From NCBI GenBank assembly GCA_009693165.1, contig SHXX01000003.1, positions 2,721-66,720 of the forward strand: a stretch of 64,000 nucleotides of DNA, in the 5' to 3' direction. Shown in pieces: positions 57,009 to 64,000 of the stretch. Position 1 is the stretch's first letter; each line of letters starts with the position of its first letter. The notes under the pieces were generated by a model. That model ran no database searches and had not been told where the DNA came from. It worked only from the letters and a program-made list of their open reading frames with translations. The stretch is from Chloroflexota bacterium. Lineage in GTDB: Bacteria; Chloroflexota; UBA11872; UBA12225. The position numbers were made by a program, and so were the translations under genes.

Positions 57009-57818
57009 ATGCAGCGAGAGTTCATCATCACGCGCCTCGGCAAGGAGTACATCCTGTACGCAGGCCTGCTAGACGCCGCTCATCAGGCCGGTCTCCGCCA
57101 GATCCGAACCCAGTTGGTACAGGCACCTGGGTTGCAAAACGGGTTCGTAGCCATCTGCCACGCCGAAGTCGTGACCGAGCGGGGAACCTTCACGGGACTG
57201 GGCGACGCCAACCCTGAAAACACGACCCGCGCCATGGCATCGGCACTGATCCGACTTGCCGAGACCCGTGCCAAGGCGCGTGCCCTCGGTGACGCCATAA
57301 ACGTCGCAATGACCGCCTTTGATGAACTCGGCGACGCGTTGCCCGATGCGTCGCCACCCGTCACCCAACTCACCGCCCCGCCTCGGTCACCAGCATCCGC
57401 CCCCCTTGGTCCACCGCATACCGACACAATTCCAGTGCCAGACCCGCAACCACGCGGCTACCAGACCGATCCCGCCCGTCCATTCCCAGCCGTGCCTCTG
57501 GCCTCGATGCCGACCCAGGTCCAGGGGCGCCCCTCCGGGAGGCCTCGCCCAGCCGGAGCGGGCCGACCCACTGGACCGTCCTCATCGAACCCCGATCCAT
57601 CAACCGCTTCGTCCCGACCGGCTAGCCGAGGTACCGAAGCCTCCCCGCCTCCTACCCAGAACCAACTTGATGCCATCGACCGCATGGCGCGCGCCCTTGG
57701 ACGACAGGTCACCACTGAAGGACTGACCCGTGCAATGGCGTCCGAGTTGATCACACGGCTCAGTGAGGAACGCTATCCGGCGCGCCGAGGGACGACACCT
57801 CCCGACGACGAAGTGTGA
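57009..57818 (+). CDS. Hypothetical two-domain protein with a central Pro-rich linker
   Basis: ORF 56988..57818. The ATG at 57009 has GAGGGGGGA upstream. The N-terminal domain is about 110 aa (EFIITRLGKEYILYAGLLDAAHQAGL...). A Pro/Ser-rich linker of about 100 aa follows. The C-terminal helical segment is about 55 aa. Confidence 0.5.
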   Translation: MQREFIITRLGKEYILYAGLLDAAHQAGLRQIRTQLVQAPGLQNGFVAICHAEVVTERGTFTGLGDANPENTTRAMASALIRLAETRAKARALGDAINVAMTAFDELGDALPDASPPVTQLTAPPRSPASAPLGPPHTDTIPVPDPQPRGYQTDPARPFPAVPLASMPTQVQGRPSGRPRPAGAGRPTGPSSSNPDPSTASSRPASRGTEASPPPTQNQLDAIDRMARALGRQVTTEGLTRAMASELITRLSEERYPARRGTTPPDDEV

Positions 57819-57869
57819 AGCCTCTGTTTCCTTCCGGATCAATCGCGTGGGGGGAGCCTGGAACCCTCG

Positions 57870-58805
57870 TCAAGGCTTGACCGGCAAACGGACCCCACGG
57901 TCGAGCTCGGTAGTCCGCACGCGCACGTCACCTTCGTGGAATACATGAAGCGTCCCGGATTGGTCACGAACCGTCAACGCACCTGACCCATCGATCCCGA
58001 TTAACTCCCCGGCAACCGGTCGTCGGACCGCGCTGGATCCTTCGACAGGAAACCCCACGACGACCGGCCGGCCGCGCCAGGCAAGACGGACCTCATACCG
58101 TTGCCTCGTCTCAATCCACCCCGTATCCGAACACATCGAACCGACATGATCCAACGCCCGCAACACGCCAACGATCACGTCCTCTCGAGACACTGGTCCG
58201 CCGAGTTCACCCGAGAGCGACGCCGGCGCCAGTGATGCCTGATCCATCACCTCGAAACGGGACACCGGTACATTCGCGTTGATCCCGATGCCAACGATGG
58301 CATGACGCATCACTGGCGTCCCGTCCGGGTGGTTCCCTAACGCGGGTTCAATCAGGATCCCTCCAAGTTTCCGAACTGTTCCCACATCACCAATGGCGCT
58401 AGTGACGATGTCGTTCGGCCACTTGACTGCCGTCACAAGTCCGGTGGCCGAGGTGATGGCGTCGCCGACGGCAACGGCGACCGCAATCGCAATGCGCCCT
58501 AACCGTTCGGGCGCCACCGCCTGCAGACGCACGATGACGGACATGGCGATCGATCCACCCGGCGGCGACTGCCATGGCGCTTTGCCGCGGCGCCCACGGC
58601 CCGCCGTCTGCGCATCTGCCACCACGGTCGTGCCATGGGACGCACCAATGCGTGCCATCTCGCCGGCCACGTCATTCGTGGATCCAGCAACCGGCAGATA
58701 GACCAGATCCACGCCCACCAACCCGCCACCATTTGCAAGGCGAGTTCGGATCAGTGCGTGATCCAACGGTTCCCCGGCCGCCATCGCGGTATCCGCCGCG
58801 TCCAT
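57870..58805 (-). CDS. birA: Biotin--[acetyl-CoA-carboxylase] ligase (BirA catalytic domain, no HTH)
   Basis: GRGRRGKAPWQSPPGGSIAMSVIV motif of the BPL_LplA_LipB domain. Confidence 0.8.
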   Translation of the reverse strand: MDAADTAMAAGEPLDHALIRTRLANGGGLVGVDLVYLPVAGSTNDVAGEMARIGASHGTTVVADAQTAGRGRRGKAPWQSPPGGSIAMSVIVRLQAVAPERLGRIAIAVAVAVGDAITSATGLVTAVKWPNDIVTSAIGDVGTVRKLGGILIEPALGNHPDGTPVMRHAIVGIGINANVPVSRFEVMDQASLAPASLSGELGGPVSREDVIVGVLRALDHVGSMCSDTGWIETRQRYEVRLAWRGRPVVVGFPVEGSSAVRRPVAGELIGIDGSGALTVRDQSGTLHVFHEGDVRVRTTELDRGVRLPVKP

Positions 58806-60473
58806 TCATGACCGCCGTGTGGCAATCTCGCGCCTTGTCTTTGCAAACCAGTCGGTCACATTCCGGAACCGGTCGGGTGGGTTGGCAACGATGCCAGTAC
58901 GAACGCCTCGGATCTTCGTGTTGATTGCGTACTCATAAGTCGGCAAGTAGAGGGGTAGCGCCGGCACCTCCTCCGCGAAGATGGCCTGGAACTCGGCGTA
59001 TGCCTTGAGCCGTTCCACCCGGTCCAGGGACCGGCGGCCCCGTTCAAGCGCCTCGTCTGCCTTGCGGTTGGAAAAACCGCTGACGTTCAATCCCGCCGGC
59101 GCCACCTGCGTGGAATGCCACAACGAGTACGGATCGGGGTCGAAACCGTTGAAATCCCAACTGTAGACCGCGAGCTCGAACTTTCGGGGCAGGAGGAAAT
59201 CCTGCACCAGACCGCCCGCGCCCGTCGCCTGGACCTCAACATCAATCCCGATCACCACGAGTTGTCTTTGCACTTCACCGGCGACTGCCAGGCGTTCAGG
59301 CCGATCATTGGTAAGCACCACCAACCGCAGGGGATTCCCCTCCTTCTGGCGTCCGGGCCCGCCGGCAGGATCGGCCGTCCACCCGGCCTCATCCAACAGG
59401 GCGCACGCACGCGCAAGGTTGTAGTCAAGGCGCTTGACACTGGGGTCATATGCCCACGATGACGGCAGGATGGGACCATCCGCACGGCGGGCGTGACCAT
59501 TGCGGGCCAGTTCGATGACGCGCCCCCGGTCAATCGCACTTGTGATTGCCTGACGGACAAGCCGGTCGGACAAGACCGGGTTTGCCGTGTTCATGAACAG
59601 CATCGTGACCGTATTCTCGGGTGCGTCGTAGATCGTCACATCCTTGCGACGTTGCAACCGCACCACGTCGCCCGGTTCGACGAGTGGTGCCCCCTCGACC
59701 TCGTCACGTTCGAGTGCAGTGAGGATCGTCTTGTAGTTGGGATAGATCCGGAAGATGATGCGTGACAGCCACGGCGATGGCGTGTGTGATGTGTTCGCCT
59801 CAAGCGTGATCCGGTCGGGTGTCAATTCCTTCAGCTTATAGGGACCGGTTCCCACTGGCTGGATATTGAACCGGTGCGCCGGCAGGTCCCTGGCCCCCAC
59901 CGTCCCAAGGATGTGGGATGGAAGTATCCCGACCGTGGTGAACTCAAGGAACGGTGCAAAACTGTCCTTGGGCAACGAAAGTCGGACCGTCAAGCGGTCC
60001 ACCTTCTCGACGTTGACGTCTCGCCATTGCGCCCCGTATGGCCCGGAGTAGGCGGGATCTCGAAGGACACCGTAGGTGAAAATGACATCATCGGCGGAAA
60101 ACGCCGTGCCGTCGTGCCAACGTACGCCATCACGAAGGTGGAAGGTGTACTGGCGAGCATCAGGCGCGATGTCCCATGTCTCGGCAAGGTTTGGGATCAC
60201 TTGACCCTGCGGATCGGTCCGGGTTAGACCGTCGAACAGAAGTGAGACAAGCGTGTTACTCGCGTCATCACTCGCGAGGACCGGGTTGATCGACTGGGGG
60301 AAACCGGCCAGCCCCTCAACGTACGCGCCTCCGAAATCCGGGGCCTCGGTTATCTCGGCGGACTGGGCGAAACTGCCAAGCAGGAAGGTGACGATCAGGA
60401 TGCCGCCGAGGGCGATCGCCAACTGGGTCGCCAGGCGCCTTCCCGATGAAGACGCAATTCGCGATGGCGGCAC
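58806..60473 (-). CDS. ABC transporter substrate-binding protein, family 5 (peptide/oligosaccharide-type), orphan
   Basis: 555 aa. N-terminal signal anchor. SBP_bac_5-like architecture. Confidence 0.8.
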   Translation of the reverse strand: MPPSRIASSSGRRLATQLAIALGGILIVTFLLGSFAQSAEITEAPDFGGAYVEGLAGFPQSINPVLASDDASNTLVSLLFDGLTRTDPQGQVIPNLAETWDIAPDARQYTFHLRDGVRWHDGTAFSADDVIFTYGVLRDPAYSGPYGAQWRDVNVEKVDRLTVRLSLPKDSFAPFLEFTTVGILPSHILGTVGARDLPAHRFNIQPVGTGPYKLKELTPDRITLEANTSHTPSPWLSRIIFRIYPNYKTILTALERDEVEGAPLVEPGDVVRLQRRKDVTIYDAPENTVTMLFMNTANPVLSDRLVRQAITSAIDRGRVIELARNGHARRADGPILPSSWAYDPSVKRLDYNLARACALLDEAGWTADPAGGPGRQKEGNPLRLVVLTNDRPERLAVAGEVQRQLVVIGIDVEVQATGAGGLVQDFLLPRKFELAVYSWDFNGFDPDPYSLWHSTQVAPAGLNVSGFSNRKADEALERGRRSLDRVERLKAYAEFQAIFAEEVPALPLYLPTYEYAINTKIRGVRTGIVANPPDRFRNVTDWFAKTRREIATRRS

Positions 60474-60475
60474 GC

Positions 60476-60700
60476 CTACCCCGTCACTCGAAGCACGATC
60501 AGAGACGTGATCAGGAACACCACTGACAGGACGATGGTGAACTGGAACAGGACCTGATCAAGGCCTCGCCGAGTGGTGTAGATCGATGCATCGCTACCAC
60601 CGAAGGCGCTGCCTAGTCCTGCGCTCTTGACCTGCAGCAGGATCACACCGATCAGCGTGATAGCAAGGACAATCTGTACTACGTAGAAGAGTGTTTCCAT
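60476..60700 (-). CDS. secG: Preprotein translocase subunit SecG
   Basis: 74 aa with two TM helices. Gly-rich loop LGSAFGGSDAS. Conserved position after tpiA. Confidence 0.8.
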   Translation of the reverse strand: METLFYVVQIVLAITLIGVILLQVKSAGLGSAFGGSDASIYTTRRGLDQVLFQFTIVLSVVFLITSLIVLRVTG

Positions 60701-60760
60701 GACTGTTCCCCAAGTATACGCGCGTGATTGCAGAGGATCCGAAGACGCCGGTTCTTGTCC

Positions 60761-61543
60761 TCAGGCCACACGAACAGCCGCAGCCGCGACGATCGTCGCA
60801 AACCCTTCTGCCACAAGGGACGCGCCACCAACAAGCGCTCCGTCGATATGCGGCTGGGCGAACAGCGAGGCAGCGTTCGACGCCGTCACGCTTCCACCGT
60901 ACTGCATCCTCATCCCGTCGGCGATTTCGTGGCCGTACAGATCAGCAACCACGCCGCGGATGACGCCGACCGTCGCGTTCGCGCCCTCGGGAGTGGCCGG
61001 CCGGCCGGTCCCGATTGCCCAGATTGGCTCGTAGGCAATGACGATCCCACCCACCTCGACTGCGGGAATTCCTTCCAGTGCCGCTCGGACCTGACGCGTC
61101 ACAACCGCCGCGGTTGCCCCGTCGTCGTATTCCTCAAGGGTCTCGCCCACGCACACGATCGGTGTCAACCCACCAGTGAGTACGGCACGCACTTTGCGCG
61201 ACACAACTTCATCGGTATCCCCGAATCGAGCCCGGCGTTCTGAGTGCCCCACGATCACGTACGACGCACCGGCACTTCCAACCATGCCGACCGAAACCTC
61301 GCCGGTATCCGCCCCGTGGGTCTCAAAGTGGACGTTCTGGGCACCAAGTCCGAGATGCGTCCCATGGATGGCACCGTGAACAGACACGAGCGACACTGAC
61401 GGCGGACAGAGCACGACTTCGGTCGGCCCACCATCGTGCATCACTGTGCGGAGTGATGTCGCCAGCACGACAGCCTCGGCGACGGTCGTGTTCATCTTCC
61501 AGTTGCCCGCAACGATTGGGCGTCGAATTGTCATGATCACCAC
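60761..61543 (-). CDS. tpiA: Triosephosphate isomerase
   Basis: IVAGNWKMN and GHSERR motifs. Confidence 0.9.
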   Translation of the reverse strand: MVIMTIRRPIVAGNWKMNTTVAEAVVLATSLRTVMHDGGPTEVVLCPPSVSLVSVHGAIHGTHLGLGAQNVHFETHGADTGEVSVGMVGSAGASYVIVGHSERRARFGDTDEVVSRKVRAVLTGGLTPIVCVGETLEEYDDGATAAVVTRQVRAALEGIPAVEVGGIVIAYEPIWAIGTGRPATPEGANATVGVIRGVVADLYGHEIADGMRMQYGGSVTASNAASLFAQPHIDGALVGGASLVAEGFATIVAAAAVRVA

Positions 61544-61586
61544 TCCTTACGGGACGACTGTTCAGGCAACGCGAAGCGCAGAGAAG

Positions 61587-62801
61587 TCATTGAGTCGTTG
61601 TGGTGGCACGGTCACGAAGGACGGCAACGCCGGGTAGTTCAACCCCTTCGAGGAACTCCAACGCGGCACCACCACCCGTACTGACATGGGTCACCGAATC
61701 GGCGTGTCCGCATGCTTCAAGTGCCGCCACCGAATCGCCCCCACCGACAATCGTCGTGCCGTTCACCTGGACAAGCGCTTCCGCAATCCCGAGTGTTCCA
61801 GCGGCAAACGGTTCCATCTCGAACACGCCCATCGGACCGTTCCAGATGACGGTCGTTGCCGACCGGATGATGTCCGCGTACCGTTCGGTCGTCGCAGGCC
61901 CGATGTCAAAGGCCATCGTGTTGTCAGGCACCATTCCAACCCCGACGATGAAGGTTTCCACCGAGGATGAAAGGTGTGAGGCGACAACCAGGTCGACTGG
62001 CAGGTGGATCACGGTGCCGGCGTGGGACGCTTCGCTCAGGATTGCACGAGCGGTGGACACCGATGAGGCATCCACGAACGACAACCCCATCGTGTACCCC
62101 TGAGCCCGGAGAAACGTGCTGGCCATCGCGCCACCGATGAGCAGGTGATCGGCCTTTCCGATCAGGTTCTTCAGTACCCCAATCTTGTCCGAGACCTTCT
62201 TGCCCCCGACTACTGCAACGAACGGGTGTTCCGGGTCAGTCAGGGCCCCGCCCATGACGGAGATTTCGCGTTCCATCAACAATCCGGCGACGGCCGGTAG
62301 CAGGTGCGCCACACCCTCGGTGGAGGCATGGGCACGGTGTGCCGTCCCGAACGCATCGTTCACGTACACGTCACCGAGTTTGGCAAGTGATGCAGCGAAG
62401 TCCGGGTCGTTCGCCTCTTCCGCGCTGTGAAAGCGAAGATTTTCAAGGAGCAGGACACCACCCGGCTTGAGCGCCGCGACGGCACGCTCTGCTTCCGGGC
62501 CGATGCAGTCTCGCACCGTGATCACTGGCACCCCAATCAACTCGGAGAGATGCACGGCAACCGTGGCAAGTCGCAGAACCTCGACAACGGCTCCGTCGGG
62601 CCGCCCAAGGTGGGACATCAGCACGACGCGCGCACCTTGGGCACGCAAGGCCTCGATGGTCGGGATGGCGGCGCGAATGCGCGTGTCGTCGGTGATCTCA
62701 CCGTCGTGCATCGGCACGTTGAAGTCAACCCGCACGAGTACCCGCTTGCCATGCGCGTCAATGTCTCGGATGGTCTGCTTGTCGACTGCGGTCATCGGCA
62801 A
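61587..62801 (-). CDS. pgk: Phosphoglycerate kinase
   Basis: RVDFNVP N-terminal motif, 404 aa. Confidence 0.9.
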   Translation of the reverse strand: MPMTAVDKQTIRDIDAHGKRVLVRVDFNVPMHDGEITDDTRIRAAIPTIEALRAQGARVVLMSHLGRPDGAVVEVLRLATVAVHLSELIGVPVITVRDCIGPEAERAVAALKPGGVLLLENLRFHSAEEANDPDFAASLAKLGDVYVNDAFGTAHRAHASTEGVAHLLPAVAGLLMEREISVMGGALTDPEHPFVAVVGGKKVSDKIGVLKNLIGKADHLLIGGAMASTFLRAQGYTMGLSFVDASSVSTARAILSEASHAGTVIHLPVDLVVASHLSSSVETFIVGVGMVPDNTMAFDIGPATTERYADIIRSATTVIWNGPMGVFEMEPFAAGTLGIAEALVQVNGTTIVGGGDSVAALEACGHADSVTHVSTGGGAALEFLEGVELPGVAVLRDRATTTTQ

Positions 62802-62968
62802 CCTCTGGATTGGTTGGCGAATTCAAGTTCGCCGAATGCAGGAAAAGCCGATCACCCAATGCCTCTTAGGGCGCCGGATGAACGGTGTCAAGACCTACGT
62901 GGCTAAGCCACGCCAACCACACTGCTTCACAGTCAGGGTGACGGGGTGGGGCTGGGAAAGGATGCCGG

Positions 62969-63982
62969 TCAGTTTGCAAACCCGCGCGAGGCAATCAGGC
63001 TTGCCAAATCGGATACACGGCACGCGTATCCCCACTCGTTGTCGTACCACGCCGCCACCTTGACCATGTCCCCACCAACGACCATAGTGAGTTGGGAGTC
63101 GACGATTGACGAATGCGTGTTGCCCTTGAGATCCATCGAGACCAACGGTTCGTCCGTCACATCCAGGATTCCGTGCAGTGGTCCCGAAGCAGCGGCCGCG
63201 CGGAGGGCGGCGTTCACTTCGTCCACCGTGGTTGTCCGCTTGATGTTCGCGATGAACTCCACGATGGATACCGTCGGGGTTGGGACGCGGTACGCCACGC
63301 CATCGACAATGCCCTTCACTTCGGGGATTACCAGTGAGACGGCACGCGCGGCCCCCGTGGACGTTGGCACGATGTTCATTGCCCCGGCACGCGCCTCACG
63401 AAGGTCCTTCGATGCAAGGTCGAGAATGTGTTGGGAATTCGTGTAGGAATGGACCGTCGTCATCATCCCCTTGACGATCCCGAAATTGTCCAGGATGACT
63501 TTCACGACCGGTGAAAGGCCGTTGGTGGTGCAACTCGCATTCGAGACGATGTGATGGTGTGCGGGGTCGTACTTGGCGTCATTTACCCCGAGCACCACGG
63601 TGATGTCCTCACCCTTTGCCGGGGCGGAAATGATCACCTTCTTCGCACCTGCGTGAAGGTGCTTCTCCGCATCTGGGCGATTCATGCCTACGCCCGTCGC
63701 TTCGATGACGAGATCAATGCCTCGTCCACCCCAGTCCAGTTTCGACCAATCGCGTTCGGCGCTAATCGCAACGCGATGCCCATTCACAACCAGACCATCG
63801 GCCTCGACCTTCACCGTGCCTGGGAAGTTCCCGTAGTTGCTGTCATGCCGAAGAAGGTGGGCATTGGTCGCCGTGTCAACCAAATCGTTGATCGCTACAA
63901 GCTCAAGCGAAGGATGTCGTTCGAGGATTGCCTTGAACGCCTGTCGCCCAATCCGCCCAAATCCATTGATCCCGATCCGCAT
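62969..63982 (-). CDS. gap: Glyceraldehyde-3-phosphate dehydrogenase
   Basis: [14 protein letters not shown]-terminus and SNASCTTN active-site Cys motif. Confidence 0.9.
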   Translation of the reverse strand: MRIGINGFGRIGRQAFKAILERHPSLELVAINDLVDTATNAHLLRHDSNYGNFPGTVKVEADGLVVNGHRVAISAERDWSKLDWGGRGIDLVIEATGVGMNRPDAEKHLHAGAKKVIISAPAKGEDITVVLGVNDAKYDPAHHHIVSNASCTTNGLSPVVKVILDNFGIVKGMMTTVHSYTNSQHILDLASKDLREARAGAMNIVPTSTGAARAVSLVIPEVKGIVDGVAYRVPTPTVSIVEFIANIKRTTTVDEVNAALRAAAASGPLHGILDVTDEPLVSMDLKGNTHSSIVDSQLTMVVGGDMVKVAAWYDNEWGYACRVSDLASLIASRGFAN

Positions 63983-64000
63983 GACATTGTCCTTCCGCCG

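Noticed and set aside
57009-57350. Possible Rad52/Sak-like single-strand-annealing fold for the N-terminal domain of the 276-aa hypothetical protein
   Set aside because: It rests only on a vague Y-x-x-x-G-L-L pattern, with no flanking phage or recombination genes. That is too weak to assert.
1-64000. CRISPR arrays, IS elements/transposases, integrases, tRNA/rRNA genes
   Set aside because: No direct-repeat/spacer periodicity, no terminal inverted repeats flanking a transposase-like ORF, and no tRNA-like cloverleaf candidates were seen in any intergenic region.

Overview
This is a high-GC (about 65-67%) bacterial chromosomal segment. It is almost entirely coding and mostly housekeeping. It lacks rRNA, tRNA, CRISPR arrays and obvious mobile elements. 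The content reads as four blocks from start to end.

1. About 1-10.5 kb holds a cell-surface glycan biosynthesis locus of the ABC-transporter-dependent type. It contains a GT4 glycosyltransferase cut off at the window edge, two extended-SDR epimerase/dehydratases, an AsnB-family amidotransferase translationally coupled to a GT-B glycosyltransferase, and a Wzm/Wzt exporter whose Wzt carries a C-terminal glycan-binding domain. It also encodes a methyltransferase-GT2 fusion (WsaE-like chain terminator/capper). Next come cdaR and cdaA (c-di-AMP synthase module) and a solitary argF.

2. About 13.9-29.7 kb holds a complete 14-gene complex I operon, nuoA to nuoN, on the minus strand. A candidate Rex-type operator sits in the divergent promoter region shared with a cysteine desulfurase gene. 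A 19-nt sequence is repeated exactly across the start codons of nuoG and nuoF.

3. About 30-39 kb holds a cysteine desulfurase, three small membrane proteins of unknown function, a large VanW-domain protein, proB and a 783-aa hypothetical protein.

4. About 39.6-64 kb holds translation and central-metabolism genes:
- An EF-G paralog.
- tyrS preceded by a promoter and a terminator-containing leader (likely T-box-type attenuator).
- truB and ribF converging on rbfA-infB-ylxR-nusA, an inverted arrangement of the usual collinear operon.
- An orphan MalK-type ATPase with a DUF624 protein and a GHMP kinase.
- rluB-cmk-plsC.
- A LuxR-type regulator divergent from a novel Pro-rich two-domain protein.
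- birA, an orphan family-5 substrate-binding protein and secG-tpiA-pgk-gap.

Many proteins carry Arg/Pro/Ala/Ser-rich low-complexity tails. Most long ORFs antisense to real genes are high-GC artefacts. The taxonomic signal is weak (cdaA rather than disA, gap-pgk-tpiA-secG, an intrinsic terminator before tyrS) and suggests a Chloroflexi/Thermomicrobia-like or other high-GC monoderm-type lineage. This is inference only.
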